From NCBI RefSeq assembly GCF_022846255.1, contig NZ_AP025682.1: 64,000 nt of DNA; one strand, written 5' to 3'. Source of the DNA: Escherichia coli. GTDB taxonomy: Bacteria; Pseudomonadota; Gammaproteobacteria; Enterobacterales; Enterobacteriaceae. The translations under genes and the position numbers were made by a program. The notes under the pieces are model-generated. The model did no database searches. It was not told the origin of the DNA and saw only the letters and a program-made list of their open reading frames with translations. Position 1 is the first letter of the stretch; each line of letters opens with the position of its first letter. Positions 51,651-64,000 of the stretch are shown here, piece by piece.

Positions 51651-52718
51651 TTAGCCGTTCAGACCTAAACGCTCGCCCTGATAGCTGCCGTCCTGCACCT
51701 GCTTCCACCAGCTTTCATTAGCCAGATACCACTGAACCGTTTTACGCATTCCACTTTCAAAGGTTTCCTGCGGCAGCCAGCCAAGTTCACGGGCAATTTT
51801 CGAAGCATCAATGGCATAGCGTAGGTCATGCCCTGGACGGTCAGCGACAAAGGTGATCAGATCGCGATAGTGCACCACGCCGTGCGGCTTGTTCGGAGCC
51901 AGTTCTTCCAGCAGCTCGCAGATGGTTTCCACAACCTCGAGATTCTTACGCTCGTTGTGACCGCCAATATTATAGGTTTCACCGACTTTCCCGGTGGTCG
52001 CCACGCAATACAGCGCGCGGGCATGATCTTCAACATACAGCCAGTCACGGATTTGCTGCCCGTTGCCATATACCGGCAGCGGTTTACCCGCCAGCGCGTT
52101 GAGGATCATCAGCGGGATCAGTTTTTCCGGAAAGTGGTAAGGACCGTAGTTATTCGAGCAGTTGGTGATAAGCGTCGGCAAACCATAGGTCCGCAGCCAG
52201 GCGCGCACCAGATGGTCGCTGCTGGCTTTTGACGCGGAATAAGGGCTGCTCGGCGCATACGGCGTGGTTTCGGTGAAGAAATCATCCGTCGAGTGCAGGT
52301 CACCATATACTTCGTCGGTGGAGATATGATGAAAACGGAACGCTGATTTTTTATCTTCCGTCAGCGCAGTCCAGTAAGCCCGCGCCGCTTCAAGCAGTGT
52401 ATAAGTCCCGACAATGTTGGTTTCAATAAACGCTGCCGGGCCGTCAATAGAACGGTCAACATGGCTTTCGGCTGCCAGATGCATGACACAGTCTGGCTGA
52501 TACTCAGTGAATACGCGCGCCAGTTCTGCCCGATCGCAGATATCAACTTTCTCAAAGGCAAAGCGCTCGCTTTGCGCGACCGGTGCCAGCGACATCAGGT
52601 TTCCGGCGTAGGTCAGCTTATCGACCACCACCACCGCGTCGCTCGTTTCGTTGATGATATAACGCACCAGCGCCGAGCCAATAAACCCGGCACCACCTGT
52701 TATCAGAATCTTTCTCAT
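51651..52718 (-). CDS. rffG: dTDP-glucose 4,6-dehydratase
   Basis: [19 protein letters not shown]... 355 aa. Confidence 0.95.
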   Translation of the reverse strand: MRKILITGGAGFIGSALVRYIINETSDAVVVVDKLTYAGNLMSLAPVAQSERFAFEKVDICDRAELARVFTEYQPDCVMHLAAESHVDRSIDGPAAFIETNIVGTYTLLEAARAYWTALTEDKKSAFRFHHISTDEVYGDLHSTDDFFTETTPYAPSSPYSASKASSDHLVRAWLRTYGLPTLITNCSNNYGPYHFPEKLIPLMILNALAGKPLPVYGNGQQIRDWLYVEDHARALYCVATTGKVGETYNIGGHNERKNLEVVETICELLEELAPNKPHGVVHYRDLITFVADRPGHDLRYAIDASKIARELGWLPQETFESGMRKTVQWYLANESWWKQVQDGSYQGERLGLNG

Positions 52719-53980
52719 CAGCGCCAGACTCCTTTGGCATCGACGACATACTGCTGATGGACGTTGTCGCCATTGATAACTTTGAACTGACTATGATCGA
52801 CCAGCATCACCAGCACATCTGCCGTTGCCAGCGCCTCGTCAAGCTGCGCCAGAGTACAAAGCCCGGTCAGTTTCTTCGGCAACTGGTGGATGTTAGGCTC
52901 AACAACCAGCGTTTCGCCGCTGTGCCACTGGGCGATCAGTTCAGCGATTTCCATCGCAGGGCTTTCACGCAGGTCATCAATATTCGGTTTAAACGCCAGA
53001 CCAAAGCAGGCGATTTTCAGTTCACTGGCGCGTTTATCGGTAGCAGCAAGGCAGTCGGCAACCGCCGCTTTCACCTGATCGATAACCCAGAACGGTTTGT
53101 GATCGTTCACTTCGCGCGCGGTACGGATAAGCCGCGCCTGCTGCGGGTTCTGTGCCACGATAAACCACGGATCAACAGCAATGCAGTGACCGCCCACGCC
53201 AGGACCAGGCTGAAGAATATTAACGCGAGGGTGACGATTCGCCAGGCGAATCAGTTCCCAGACGTTAATTCCCTGATCGGCACAAATCAGCGACAGTTCG
53301 TTAGCAAAAGCGATATTCACATCGCGGAAGCTGTTTTCGGTGAGCTTACACATTTCCGCCGTCCGCGAGTTAGTGACGACACACTCACCTTCGAGGAAAA
53401 TTTTGTACAGTTCGCTGGCGCGGGCCGAACAAACCGGCGTCATACCACCAATCACGCGATCGTTTTTAATCAGCTCGACCATAACCTGGCCCGGTAACAC
53501 GCGTTCCGGGCAGTAAGCAATGTTGACGTCCGCCAACTCGCCCACCTGCTGTGGGAAAGTGAGATCTGGACGCATCTCTGCTAACCATTCTGCCATCTTC
53601 TCGGTTGACCCCACCGGCGAGGTGGATTCAAGGATCACCAGCGCGCCTTTTTTCAGCACTGGCGCAATGGAGCGAGCAGCCGATTCAACGTAGGTCATAT
53701 CTGGCTCATGATCGCCTTTAAACGGCGTGGGTACAGCAATCAGCCAGGCATCCGCTTCAACCGGCGTCGTGCTCGCTCGTAAAAAACCGCCTTCTACGGC
53801 AGTTTTTACTACGCTCGCCAAATCAGGCTCGACGATATGGATTTCGCCACGATTGATGGTATCAACTGCGTGTTGGTTGATATCGACACCAATCACCTGT
53901 TTTTGCCGAGAGGCAAACGCAGCTGCTGTAGGCAGCCCGATGTAACCCAGTCCGATAACAGAAATGGTCGCAAAACTCAT
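52718..53980 (-). CDS. wecC: UDP-N-acetyl-D-mannosamine dehydrogenase
   Basis: 420 aa with NAD-binding Rossmann N-terminus ([16 protein letters not shown]). Confidence 0.95.
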   Translation of the reverse strand: MSFATISVIGLGYIGLPTAAAFASRQKQVIGVDINQHAVDTINRGEIHIVEPDLASVVKTAVEGGFLRASTTPVEADAWLIAVPTPFKGDHEPDMTYVESAARSIAPVLKKGALVILESTSPVGSTEKMAEWLAEMRPDLTFPQQVGELADVNIAYCPERVLPGQVMVELIKNDRVIGGMTPVCSARASELYKIFLEGECVVTNSRTAEMCKLTENSFRDVNIAFANELSLICADQGINVWELIRLANRHPRVNILQPGPGVGGHCIAVDPWFIVAQNPQQARLIRTAREVNDHKPFWVIDQVKAAVADCLAATDKRASELKIACFGLAFKPNIDDLRESPAMEIAELIAQWHSGETLVVEPNIHQLPKKLTGLCTLAQLDEALATADVLVMLVDHSQFKVINGDNVHQQYVVDAKGVWR

Positions 53981-55107
53981 AGTGATATCCGATTATTTTT
54001 TAACGCTTCCAGAATGCGAGAGCATGCCTGACCATCACCATACGGGTTATGGGCGCGGCTCATAGCTTGATATTCGTTTTCGTCTTTTAAAAGACGCGTC
54101 ACTTCCTCGACAATTCGCTGCTTATCCGTGCCTACCAGACGCACCGTACCCGCCGTCACCGCTTCCGGACGCTCAGTGGTATCGCGCATTACCAGCACCG
54201 GTTTCCCCAGCGAAGGCGCTTCTTCCTGAATGCCGCCTGAGTCGGTCAAAATCAGCCAGGCGTGGTTCATCAGCCAGACAAACGGTAAATACTCCTGGGG
54301 ATCGATCAGAATGACATTTTTCACGTGCCCCAGAATGCGATTGACCGGCTCTCTGACGTTCGGGTTGAGATGCACCGGATAGACAATCTGGATGTCCTGG
54401 TGCGTGGTGGCGATGTCTGCCAGTGCATGGCAGATTTCTTCAAAACCACGACCAAAGCTCTCACGCCTGTGACCGGTCACCAGAATCATTTTTTTATCAG
54501 GGTCGATAAACGGATAATTTGCCGCCAGTTCTGAACGCAGCGTATCGCTGCTCATCACCTGGTCACGCACCCATAACAGTGCATCAATAACGGTATTACC
54601 GGTAATGAAGATTCGGCTGTCAGCAACGTTTTCACGCAGCAAGTTTTGCCGGGAAGTTTCGGTTGGAGAGAAGTGATACATCGCCAGATGCCCGGTCAAT
54701 GTACGGTTAGCCTCTTCCGGCCACGGCGAATAGAGATCGCCCGTGCGCAGACCAGCCTCAACGTGACCAACAGGAATACGCTGATAAAACGCCGCCAGGC
54801 TGGTTGCCAGCGTTGTAGTAGTATCACCGTGAACCAGCACGACGTCTGGTTTGAACTCGGCAAGAATTGGTTTTAGCCCTTCCAGAATCCGACAGGTTAT
54901 CTCTGTCAGGCCCTGTCCTGGCTGCATTATGTTGAGATCGTAGTCAGGTACAATGGAAAAGAGTTTCAGCACCTGATCGAGCATCTCCCGATGCTGCGCA
55001 GTGACGCAAACTTTAGCCTCAAAAAAAGGATCTTTTGCCAACGCATGCACCAACGGAGCCATCTTGATGGCTTCCGGGCGCGTACCAAATACAGTCAGTA
55101 CTTTCAC
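53977..55107 (-). CDS. wecB: UDP-N-acetylglucosamine 2-epimerase
   Basis: 376 aa from GTG at 55107 ([20 protein letters not shown]...), matching the K-12 N-terminus as I recall; an upstream in-frame ATG at 55149 would give 390 aa. Confidence 0.9.
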   Translation of the reverse strand: MKVLTVFGTRPEAIKMAPLVHALAKDPFFEAKVCVTAQHREMLDQVLKLFSIVPDYDLNIMQPGQGLTEITCRILEGLKPILAEFKPDVVLVHGDTTTTLATSLAAFYQRIPVGHVEAGLRTGDLYSPWPEEANRTLTGHLAMYHFSPTETSRQNLLRENVADSRIFITGNTVIDALLWVRDQVMSSDTLRSELAANYPFIDPDKKMILVTGHRRESFGRGFEEICHALADIATTHQDIQIVYPVHLNPNVREPVNRILGHVKNVILIDPQEYLPFVWLMNHAWLILTDSGGIQEEAPSLGKPVLVMRDTTERPEAVTAGTVRLVGTDKQRIVEEVTRLLKDENEYQAMSRAHNPYGDGQACSRILEALKNNRISL

Positions 55108-55162
55108 ATCGATTCTCTTCGAATAAGCGGCGAGCGCCTTTGCGCTCACCGCAGCAGTGTTG

Positions 55163-56209
55163 CTATTTCGAGCAACGGCGGGTTAATGCGACACCAGCCC
55201 CGATCAGCCCCCCGACAATGCCCCACATAATCATCAGGAAGGCACGACGTGGGCTATCGCGTTTTACCGGTTCTTCCGGCGTACGCAAATAGCGATAGGT
55301 CTGAAAACGCGGATCCAGGGTTGGACCAACATTCAGGGTGTTTAACATGGCCCGATTCTGATCATAGTCGAGATCAAAGGCCGGACCGACGGCCTGTAAA
55401 TTTTCCAGTCGAGCCTGGAGCATTGGACGTCCAAGCAGGAACATTTCTGAATCAGGTAGCTCCTCGGCAGGCACATCTGTCGCACTGCGCGAAATATTAT
55501 GCTGCTCAGCAATTTTCAGCGCCTGTTCAATACTGTTCATCCGGCGATCGTAGATGGCTTTCGCCACCTCTTCCTGACGCTTCACCTGAGCTTTCATCTG
55601 GATGGTGCGTGCCGCCCATGCGCCTTTCAGCTCATCATTCAGATGGCTGGCTGCACGCTGGCTGGCAAAAGCAACATACTGACGTAACAGGTTATTAGCG
55701 TCAGGCGCAGTTTCGGCAATCAGCTTCACGCTGTCATTGACCGCGCGGGTGAAGTCACCGGGAATAAACACGATGTTGTTGATCATTTCATCCAGCAACG
55801 CCGCATCGGCTTTGCTATTGCCCACCATCCGCTGTTTGTAATAGTCGGTTTGCAGCCAGAACTCTCTGCGGGTATCCCACGAGGCCAGTTGCATAACAAA
55901 CTCTTTATAGGCTTCGTCCATGACCGATGGTTGGTCGGCAGAAGCCATGTTTGAACGGACATCCAGGTTACGCAAAAATTGCTGCTGTGAGTAATATCCC
56001 CCCAGCATATTCACCGTTGGACGATCGGTAATCGCTGTCGAGCTCCACTCCTGGCGAGCAAAAAAAGTATACGCCAGCGCGATTAACGCAAACGCCAGCC
56101 CCATGCCAATAATCCACAGCTTCCCAGCCCACAAGGTACGAAACAACCCACGAATATCCAGTTCATTTTCAGCGTCTTCGGCCGGTTTCCCAGGCATTGG
56201 TTGTGTCAT
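55163..56209 (-). CDS. wzzE: ECA polysaccharide chain-length modulator
   Basis: [23 protein letters not shown]... 348 aa from second ATG of ORF. Confidence 0.9.
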   Translation of the reverse strand: MTQPMPGKPAEDAENELDIRGLFRTLWAGKLWIIGMGLAFALIALAYTFFARQEWSSTAITDRPTVNMLGGYYSQQQFLRNLDVRSNMASADQPSVMDEAYKEFVMQLASWDTRREFWLQTDYYKQRMVGNSKADAALLDEMINNIVFIPGDFTRAVNDSVKLIAETAPDANNLLRQYVAFASQRAASHLNDELKGAWAARTIQMKAQVKRQEEVAKAIYDRRMNSIEQALKIAEQHNISRSATDVPAEELPDSEMFLLGRPMLQARLENLQAVGPAFDLDYDQNRAMLNTLNVGPTLDPRFQTYRYLRTPEEPVKRDSPRRAFLMIMWGIVGGLIGAGVALTRRCSK

Positions 56210-56220
56210 CACATCCTCAT

Positions 56221-57324
56221 TTATTTGGTTAAATTGGGGCTGCCACCACGATTTCTACGCAGTCTGCGTTTTACGCGCTTAATAAAGCGAGCAACTTTCC
56301 AGGCACGCTTAATGCAATATCCATAGAGGAAGAATGCTAGTAAAAAGAGCACCAGCATGACCCACTCCGGGACAAAATGAGAATATTCTGCCAGCACCCC
56401 AATGGAGGCGAGCAGAGCTGCGGCAAGGGTAATCAGCACAAACGCCTGGCGGGAAGTAAACCCGGCACGCATGATCAAATGGTGAATATGCTGACGGTCA
56501 GGAGAGAATGGGCTCATGCCTTTACGCAGGCGACGGTACATAATCGCCACCATATCCATTAGTGGAATGGCGATTATCCACAAAGCGGTAACCGGGCTGA
56601 TGGGATGAGTTTTGCCCTGGGTCGTTTCGAGCAGGATCCAGATAACGGTAAAACCAATCAGCGTACTGCCCGCATCCCCCATAAAGACTTTGTAGCGGCG
56701 ACCCAGGATACCAAGGTTAAGCATGATGTATGGCAGGATGGCGGCGATCATCGCAAAGCACCAGATTGCGAGACTGGTTTGCCCGTCGAACCACAAAATC
56801 ATACCGATTGCTGCAAACGAGACGCAGGACAACCCGCCCAGCAAGCCATCAATGCCATCAACCATGTTGAACGCATTAATGGCCGCCCAGACGGCAAATA
56901 GCGTCAGGAAGTAACCAAACGGTCCGAGCACCATCTCCCAGGAGCCAAAGATATAACCCAGGCTACTGAGATAAAGTTTGCCGAACACCATCATAACAAT
57001 GCCAACAGCGGCCTGTATGGTGGCACGGATTTTTACGCTGATATCAAAACGGTCATCCAGCGCGCCAATGAAAACAAGCACACCAGCACAAGCGAGATAG
57101 AGAGATGCATGCGGAATATAGTAATCAACAATTCCGAACGTGAAGCAAATCCCTGCGTAAACCGAAATCCCCCCAACGAGAGGTATCAATCCCTGGTGAC
57201 GTTTGCGGAAGTTTGGTTTATCCACTAAACCGACTTTTTTTGCCACCTTACGGGCAAAAAACAGAAACAGTGTCGTGAATAAAAAAATACTGATGAGATC
57301 AGTACTCACTGTCAGTAAATTCAC
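56221..57324 (-). CDS. wecA: UDP-GlcNAc:undecaprenyl-phosphate GlcNAc-1-phosphate transferase
   Basis: 367-aa polytopic MraY/WecA-family protein; first gene of the wec cluster. Confidence 0.95.
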   Translation of the reverse strand: MNLLTVSTDLISIFLFTTLFLFFARKVAKKVGLVDKPNFRKRHQGLIPLVGGISVYAGICFTFGIVDYYIPHASLYLACAGVLVFIGALDDRFDISVKIRATIQAAVGIVMMVFGKLYLSSLGYIFGSWEMVLGPFGYFLTLFAVWAAINAFNMVDGIDGLLGGLSCVSFAAIGMILWFDGQTSLAIWCFAMIAAILPYIMLNLGILGRRYKVFMGDAGSTLIGFTVIWILLETTQGKTHPISPVTALWIIAIPLMDMVAIMYRRLRKGMSPFSPDRQHIHHLIMRAGFTSRQAFVLITLAAALLASIGVLAEYSHFVPEWVMLVLFLLAFFLYGYCIKRAWKVARFIKRVKRRLRRNRGGSPNLTK

Positions 57325-57520
57325 AATGCATGCTCTCAGAGAAAATTATTAGCAGAAGTATAACCACGAAGACCTTTATTCAGAAGGGAAAGTCCGTTCC
57401 GAACCCACCAGCCCTGTGCAAAAATTAACCATTTGATATGCAAATTGCATAACACACCAGCAAATTCCAGGAATTTTCCTAGCATCGCCAGCGCGGCATT
57501 AAGATTACAGATATAAAAGC

Positions 57521-57549
57521 AAAACGCCACGTAAACACGTGGCGTTTTT
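57521..57549 (-). terminator. rho-independent terminator downstream of rho
   Basis: perfect palindrome AAAACGCCACGT aaac ACGTGGCGTTTT. Confidence 0.6.
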
Positions 57550-57563
57550 GGCATAAGACAAAT

Positions 57564-58823
57564 TTATGAGCGTTTCATCATTTCGAAGAAATCGTCATTG
57601 GTCTTGGTCATTGCCAGTTTATTAATGAGGAATTCCATTGCATCGATTTCGCCCATCGGGTGAATGATTTTGCGCAGGATCCACATTTTCTGCAGTTCTT
57701 CCTGAGTCGTGAGCAGCTCTTCTTTACGGGTACCGGAACGGTTGTAGTCGATAGCCGGGAAGACGCGTTTTTCAGCGATCTTACGAGAGAGGTGCAGTTC
57801 CATGTTGCCTGTACCTTTAAACTCTTCGTAGATAACTTCGTCCATTTTAGAACCGGTATCGATAAGCGCCGTCGCGATAATGGTCAGGCTGCCGCCCTCT
57901 TCCACGTTACGCGCCGCACCAAAGAAGCGTTTCGGACGATGCAGAGCATTGGCATCCACACCACCGGTCAACACTTTACCTGACGCCGGAACAACGGTGT
58001 TGTAAGCGCGCGCCAGACGAGTGATGGAGTCGAGCAGAATGATAACGTCTTTCTTGTGCTCAACCAGGCGTTTCGCCTTCTCGATCACCATTTCCGCAAC
58101 CTGAACGTGGCGAGATGCGGGTTCGTCAAAGGTAGAAGCAACAACTTCACCTTTTACCAGACGCTGCATCTCGGTTACTTCTTCCGGACGTTCGTCGATC
58201 AGCAGAACCATCAGCACACAATCCGGGTGGTTGTAAGCAATGCTCTGAGCAATGTTCTGCAGCAGCATGGTTTTACCGGCTTTCGGCGGTGCCACAATCA
58301 GACCACGCTGACCACGACCGATAGGTGATGCCAAGTCCAGTACGCGAGCGGTTAAATCTTCAGTAGAACCGTTACCACGTTCCATGCGCAGACGAGAGTT
58401 TGCGTGCAGCGGGGTTAAGTTCTCAAAGAGGATTTTGTTGCGGGCGTTTTCAGGTTTGTCGAAGTTAACTTCGTTAACTTTCAGCAGCGCAAAATAGCGT
58501 TCACCTTCTTTCGGCGGGCGAATCTTACCAGAGATGGTATCACCAGTGCGGAGGTTGAAACGGCGGATTTGGCTAGGGGAAACGTAGATGTCATCAGGAC
58601 CGGCGAGGTAGGAGCTGTCTGCGGAACGGAGGAAACCAAATCCATCCTGCAATATCTCCAGTACGCCATCACCAAAGATATCTTCGCCACTCTTTGCGTG
58701 CTGCTTCAGGATGGCAAAAATAATGTCCTGCTTACGCATACGAGCCAGGTTTTCCAGCCCCATATTTTCGCCGAGAGTGATCAGCTCAGAAACCGGCGTA
58801 TTCTTTAATTCGGTAAGATTCAT
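57564..58823 (-). CDS. rho: transcription termination factor Rho
   Basis: [44 protein letters not shown]... 419 aa from internal ATG of ORF 57564..58895. Confidence 0.98.
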
Positions 58824-58907
58824 AGTGGTGTGAGTTCTTAAACTTGGGGTAAATCTCGAACTTAATGTTGTGAATGGTATGGCAGGATCATCCATGCCTG
58901 TTTACGG

Positions 58908-59009
58908 TCATCGACTCATGTCTTTTCGCTGCCTGGTCACAGGAGAGTACGCAGAACTGAAACGACAAGACGGATTGAGTGACGAGCCAGAAATCTGTTC
59001 ACTTCGCAT
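58908..59009 (-). CDS. rhoL: rho operon leader peptide
   Basis: 33-codon ORF MRSEQISGSSLNPSCRFSSAYSPVTRQRKDMSR immediately upstream of rho. Confidence 0.7.
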   Translation of the reverse strand: MRSEQISGSSLNPSCRFSSAYSPVTRQRKDMSR

Positions 59010-59051
59010 TTAAGATAAAACGGGAAGCGTTGGAAATTACAAGATTCAAAC

Positions 59052-59080
59052 TTAATAAGGTATGTTTAATACGAAGTCAA
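59052..59080 (-). promoter_or_regulatory. candidate sigma70 promoter of rhoL-rho
   Basis: minus strand: -35 TTGACT, 17-bp spacer, -10 TATTAA, about 40 nt upstream of rhoL. Confidence 0.5.
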
Positions 59081-59149
59081 CACTAAGTTAGCATGACTCA
59101 CGCCGGGCGTCCAGTTTTTAGCGACGGGGCACCCGAACATGAAATTCCC

Positions 59150-59479
59150 TTACGCCAGGTTAGCGTCGAGGAACTCTTTCAACTGACCTTTAGACAGTGC
59201 GCCCACTTTGGTTGCCGCCACTTCACCGTTTTTGAACAGCAGCAGAGTCGGGATACCACGGATGCCATATTTCGGCGCAGTGCCAGGGTTTTGATCGATG
59301 TTCAGTTTTGCAACGGTCAGTTTGCCCTGATATTCGTCAGCGATTTCATCCAGAATCGGGGCGATCATTTTGCACGGACCGCACCACTCTGCCCAGAAAT
59401 CGACGAGGATCGCCCCGTCCGCTTTGAGTACATCCGTGTCAAAACTGTCGTCAGTCAGGTGAATAATTTTATCGCTCAT
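59150..59479 (-). CDS. trxA: thioredoxin 1
   Basis: [41 protein letters not shown]... 109 aa with WCGPC active site. Confidence 0.97.
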
Positions 59480-59609
59480 ATATAACTCCACAGGAATAAG
59501 CCTGGCGTGTTGGTTTCGTTGTTGGTGTAACATTAACCAACTAAAGGTTGACTTTATTTCACCGGATACGCTTTCGTAAAGCAATAGTAAGCTGATATTC
59601 TACCACACT

Positions 59610-60875
59610 ATGAGCAAAACACATTTAACAGAACAGAAGTTTTCCGACTTCGCCCTGCATCCGAAGGTTGTAGAAGCCCTTGAAAAAAAAGGGTTTCATA
59701 ACTGTACGCCCATTCAGGCACTGGCCCTTCCGCTGACGCTGGCGGGTCGTGACGTAGCCGGGCAGGCGCAAACCGGTACCGGGAAAACGATGGCGTTTCT
59801 TACGTCAACGTTTCATTATCTTCTCTCTCATCCCGCGATTGCCGATCGCAAGGTGAATCAGCCGCGTGCCTTAATTATGGCACCGACGCGTGAACTTGCC
59901 GTGCAGATCCACGCCGACGCGGAACCGCTGGCGGAAGCTACCGGCCTGAAGCTGGGTCTGGCTTACGGTGGTGATGGCTACGACAAACAGCTGAAAGTGC
60001 TGGAAAGCGGCGTTGACATTCTGATTGGCACCACGGGTCGTTTAATTGACTACGCCAAGCAGAACCACATTAACCTCGGTGCCATTCAGGTGGTGGTACT
60101 GGACGAAGCCGATCGCATGTACGATCTGGGCTTTATTAAAGATATCCGCTGGCTGTTCCGCCGTATGCCGCCTGCAAACCAGCGCCTCAACATGCTGTTC
60201 TCCGCCACGCTTTCGTACCGGGTACGTGAACTGGCGTTCGAGCAGATGAACAATGCCGAATATATTGAAGTGGAACCGGAACAGAAAACGGGCCACCGTA
60301 TTAAAGAAGAGCTTTTCTACCCTTCTAACGAAGAAAAAATGCGTTTGCTGCAAACGCTGATCGAAGAAGAGTGGCCAGACAGAGCGATTATTTTCGCCAA
60401 CACCAAACACCGTTGTGAAGAGATCTGGGGCCACCTGGCGGCAGATGGTCATCGTGTCGGTTTGTTGACAGGCGATGTCGCGCAGAAAAAACGTCTGCGT
60501 ATTCTTGATGAATTTACCCGTGGTGATTTGGATATTCTGGTTGCCACCGATGTTGCCGCGCGTGGCCTGCATATCCCGGCTGTGACGCACGTCTTTAACT
60601 ACGATTTACCCGATGACTGTGAAGATTACGTTCACCGTATTGGTCGTACAGGTCGCGCTGGCGCAAGTGGTCATTCCATCAGCCTGGCATGTGAAGAGTA
60701 TGCATTGAATTTGCCTGCTATTGAGACCTATATTGGTCACTCAATTCCGGTAAGCAAATACAATCCGGACGCATTGATGACCGATCTGCCAAAACCGCTG
60801 CGCCTCACGCGCCCGCGTACAGGCAATGGTCCGCGTCGTACTGGTGCTCCGCGTAATCGTCGTCGTTCAGGTTAA
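59610..60875 (+). CDS. rhlB: ATP-dependent RNA helicase RhlB (DEAD-box)
   Basis: 421 aa with Q-motif, GTGKT and DEAD (VLDEADRM) motifs and Arg-rich C-terminus. Confidence 0.97.
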
Positions 60876-61008
60876 ATAAAATGTCATACTCAAAATCATT
60901 CAAACTGTATCAAGATGGCAAGAGAATGAATCCCGATGCGCATGCTGTAGTAAGTGATTTGGGTGAAAGAACGCAGCCAACACAGAGACAGATTGAAGGA
61001 TGAAGAGT

Positions 61009-62493
61009 ATGGGTTCCACCTCGTCGCTGTATGCAGCCATTGATCTCGGTTCGAATAGTTTTCATATGCTGGTTGTGCGCGAGGTGGCTGGAAGCATCCA
61101 GACGCTGACGCGAATTAAACGCAAAGTGCGTCTGGCTGCTGGCCTGAATAGCGAAAATGCCCTGTCTAATGAAGCAATGGAGCGCGGTTGGCAATGTCTG
61201 CGCCTGTTTGCTGAACGTCTGCAAGATATCCCTCCCTCGCAAATTCGCGTTGTCGCTACGGCGACATTACGACTAGCCGTCAATGCGGGTGATTTTATCG
61301 CCAAAGCACAGGAAATCCTTGGCTGCCCGGTACAAGTCATCAGCGGTGAAGAAGAAGCCCGCCTGATTTATCAGGGGGTGGCCCACACAACAGGCGGTGC
61401 CGATCAGCGCCTGGTGGTGGATATAGGCGGTGCCAGTACTGAACTGGTAACCGGCACGGGTGCACAAACCACCTCGTTGTTCAGCCTGTCGATGGGCTGC
61501 GTCACCTGGCTGGAACGCTATTTTGCCGATCGTAATCTGGGGCAGGAAAATTTTGATGCTGCAGAAAAAGCGGCACGCGAAGTGTTACGTCCGGTTGCCG
61601 ATGAATTACGGTATCACGGCTGGAAAGTGTGCGTTGGCGCTTCCGGCACCGTGCAGGCGTTACAGGAAATCATGATGGCACAGGGGATGGATGAACGCAT
61701 TACCCTGGAAAAGTTGCAGCAACTGAAACAGCGAGCCATTCATTGCGGTCGGCTGGAGGAACTGGAGATTGACGGGCTGACGCTGGAACGTGCGTTAGTG
61801 TTCCCGAGTGGTCTGGCAATCCTGATAGCCATTTTTACCGAACTGAATATTCAGTGTATGACCCTGGCGGGTGGTGCGCTGCGTGAAGGCCTGGTCTACG
61901 GCATGTTGCATCTGACCGTCGAGCAGGATATTCGCAGCCGTACGCTGCGTAATATTCAGCGCCGCTTTATGATCGATATTGATCAGGCACAGCGCGTAGC
62001 CAAAGTTGCGGCTAACTTCTTCGATCAGGTGAAAAACGAATGGCATCTTGAAGCAATAAGCCGCGATTTGCTCATCAGCGCCTGCCAGCTTCATGAAATC
62101 GGCCTGAGCGTTGACTTCAAACAAGCGCCGCAACACGCTGCTTATCTGGTACATAATCTGGATCTTCCCGGTTTTACCCCCGCACAGAAAAAACTGCTGG
62201 CGACGCTACTGCTCAACCAGACTAACCCGGTCGATCTCTCATCGCTGCATCAGCAAAATGCCGTACCGCCGCGCGTCGCAGAACAACTCTGCCGTTTACT
62301 CCGCCTGGCCATCATTTTTGCCAGCCGTCGTCGTGACGATCTCGTGCCAGAGATGACATTACAGGCTAACCATGAACTGTTGACCTTGACGCTTCCGCAA
62401 GGTTGGTTAACCCAACATCCGCTGGGTAAAGAGATTATTGCTCAGGAAAGCCAGTGGCAGAGCTATGTCCACTGGCCGCTGGAAGTGCATTAA
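61009..62493 (+). CDS. gppA: guanosine pentaphosphate phosphohydrolase / exopolyphosphatase
   Basis: [25 protein letters not shown]... 494 aa from internal ATG of ORF 61000..62493. Confidence 0.95.
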   Translation: MGSTSSLYAAIDLGSNSFHMLVVREVAGSIQTLTRIKRKVRLAAGLNSENALSNEAMERGWQCLRLFAERLQDIPPSQIRVVATATLRLAVNAGDFIAKAQEILGCPVQVISGEEEARLIYQGVAHTTGGADQRLVVDIGGASTELVTGTGAQTTSLFSLSMGCVTWLERYFADRNLGQENFDAAEKAAREVLRPVADELRYHGWKVCVGASGTVQALQEIMMAQGMDERITLEKLQQLKQRAIHCGRLEELEIDGLTLERALVFPSGLAILIAIFTELNIQCMTLAGGALREGLVYGMLHLTVEQDIRSRTLRNIQRRFMIDIDQAQRVAKVAANFFDQVKNEWHLEAISRDLLISACQLHEIGLSVDFKQAPQHAAYLVHNLDLPGFTPAQKKLLATLLLNQTNPVDLSSLHQQNAVPPRVAEQLCRLLRLAIIFASRRRDDLVPEMTLQANHELLTLTLPQGWLTQHPLGKEIIAQESQWQSYVHWPLEVH

Positions 62494-62502
62494 TGAGTAA
62501 GT

Positions 62503-62525
62503 GCCGGATGCGATGCTGACGCATC
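62503..62525. repeat. REP-like palindrome between gppA and rep
   Basis: GCCGGATGCG atgctga CGCATC, same palindrome family as at 40985 and 23263. Confidence 0.5.
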
Positions 62526-62539
62526 TTTTCCGGCCTTGA

Positions 62540-64000
62540 TTATTTCCCTCGTTTTGCCGCCATCATAGCTTTCAGATTCGCCAGATGGCTTTGCCCTTTC
62601 TGCATCCGTTCTTCGGCGCTGACCACTTTGCGCTCCTGTTCCCAAATCAGATCATCCTGCGGCAGCTCCAGCAAAAAGCGGCTCGGCTCCGGGCGCACCA
62701 GTTCGCCGTACTGACGGCGTTCTTTACACAGCGTAAAGGTCAATTCCTTCTGGGCGCGGGTAATGCCGACATAGGCCAGCCGCCGCTCCTCATCGATATT
62801 ATCTTCATCGATGCTGCTCTGGTGCGGCAAAAACCCCTCTTCCATACCGACCATGTAGACATAAGGAAACTCCAGCCCTTTCGACGCGTGGAGAGTCATC
62901 AGTTGCACCTGATCCAGCTCTTCTTCACTCTCACCACGCTCCATCATGTCGCGCAAAGTAAAGCGCGTCACCACCTGGGTGAGCGTCATCGGCTCATCCA
63001 GTTCGCTGCCTTCCAGCATCTCCGTCATCCAGCTAAACAGTTGGTTGACGTTCTTCATGCGCATTTCGGCGGCTTTCGGGCTGGGCGATGTTTCGTACAG
63101 CCAGGATTCATAATCCATGCCGTGGATCAGATCACGCACCGCGGCAATCGGCTCCCGCTCCGCCAGACGCTGGATTTCTGCCAACCAGTGAGTGAAGCGG
63201 GTCAATGCTTCATAACCACGTCCGCTAAGCGTCTGACTCAGGCCCATATCAAAGCTGGCGGTAAACATGCTTTTATTGCGCGTCATCGCCCATTCACCCA
63301 ACTTTTTCAGCGTCGCCGGGCCAATCTCTCGCTTCGGCGTGTTAACGATACGCAGGAACGCACTATCATCGTCCGGGTTAGTCAGCACGCGCAGATAAGC
63401 CAGCAAGTCCTTGATTTCAGGACGAGAGAAAAACGACGTACCACCAGAAATTTTGTACGGGATGCGGTTTTGCATCAGGAATTTTTCAAACACCCGCGAC
63501 TGATGGTTACCGCGATAAAGAATGGCGTAATCTTTGTACTGCGTTTTATTGACGAAGTGATGGGCGATCAGCTCGCCGGTGACGCGCTCGGCTTCATGTT
63601 CCTCGTTATTCGCGCTTAAAACTTTTAGCTCTGTGCCGTAACCCAGTTCGGAGAACAGACGCTTTTCAAAGACGTGCGGATTATTGGCGATCAGGATGTT
63701 CGCCGCTTTCAAAATACGTCCGGAAGAGCGGTAGTTCTGCTCAAGCTTAATCACCTTCAGCGCCGGAAAATCCTGACTCAGCAGCACCAGGTTTTGCGGA
63801 CGTGCGCCGCGCCAGGAGTAGATCGACTGGTCATCGTCACCCACCACGGTAAAGCGCGCGCGGCTGCCCACCAGCAGTTTCACCAGCTCATACTGGCTGG
63901 TGTTGGTGTCCTGATATTCGTCCACCAGCAGGTAGCGAATTTTGTTCTGCCAGCGCTCGCGGACTTCTTCATTGCGTTGCAGAAGTAGCGTCGGCAATAA
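62540..64000 (-). CDS. rep: ATP-dependent DNA helicase Rep, 3' portion (N-terminus beyond window edge)
   Basis: UvrD/Rep-family C-terminal helicase motifs; frame stays open to the window end. Confidence 0.93.
   Translation of the reverse strand, partial: LLPTLLLQRNEEVRERWQNKIRYLLVDEYQDTNTSQYELVKLLVGSRARFTVVGDDDQSIYSWRGARPQNLVLLSQDFPALKVIKLEQNYRSSGRILKAANILIANNPHVFEKRLFSELGYGTELKVLSANNEEHEAERVTGELIAHHFVNKTQYKDYAILYRGNHQSRVFEKFLMQNRIPYKISGGTSFFSRPEIKDLLAYLRVLTNPDDDSAFLRIVNTPKREIGPATLKKLGEWAMTRNKSMFTASFDMGLSQTLSGRGYEALTRFTHWLAEIQRLAEREPIAAVRDLIHGMDYESWLYETSPSPKAAEMRMKNVNQLFSWMTEMLEGSELDEPMTLTQVVTRFTLRDMMERGESEEELDQVQLMTLHASKGLEFPYVYMVGMEEGFLPHQSSIDEDNIDEERRLAYVGITRAQKELTFTLCKERRQYGELVRPEPSRFLLELPQDDLIWEQERKVVSAEERMQKGQSHLANLKAMMAAKRGK

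Noticed and set aside
62585-63619. 344-aa plus-strand ORF antisense to rep
   Set aside because: Shadow ORF within rep; no independent support.

Overview
The window is an Enterobacteriaceae chromosome segment whose backbone matches the Escherichia coli metE to rep region, read here in the reverse of the usual K-12 orientation. Backbone genes recognised by protein sequence: metE, metR, yigM, yigL, pldB, rhtB, rhtC, recQ, pldA, yigI, rarD, corA, yigE, uvrD, yigB, xerC, yigA, dapF, yifL, cyaY, cyaA, hemCDXY, the glmZ sRNA, aslA, aslB, the proM-leuT-hisR-argX tRNA operon, yifK, the 12-gene wec/rff enterobacterial common antigen cluster, rho with its rhoL leader, trxA, rhlB, gppA and the 3' part of rep. 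On top of this there are several blocks I do not recall in the K-12 layout (from memory, not a database check): (1) a carbamate-kinase catabolic operon with fdrA-like, DUF1116, carbamate kinase, a small protein, an NCS1 permease and a LysR regulator next to metE; (2) an Rpn/YhgA-family PD-(D/E)XK nuclease gene inserted between rhtB and rhtC, with an in-frame internal Shine-Dalgarno plus ATG that would give a nested 45-aa C-terminal protein, the layout of the Rpn/RpnS toxin-antitoxin anti-phage modules; (3) a signal-peptide-bearing DUF62 SAM-hydrolase-like protein between yigE and uvrD; (4) a secreted DKNYY-repeat protein upstream of cyaY; (5) a roughly 30% GC islet with two small membrane proteins between rarD and corA. 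Other points: a (CCTGCA)x11 repeat encoding (Pro-Ala)11 in hemX, REP-like palindromes, the TTG start of cyaA, and a convergent 113-nt overlap of metR and yigM. No CRISPR array, rRNA, IS element or prophage was seen. All coordinates were derived by hand from the sequence and the ORF track.
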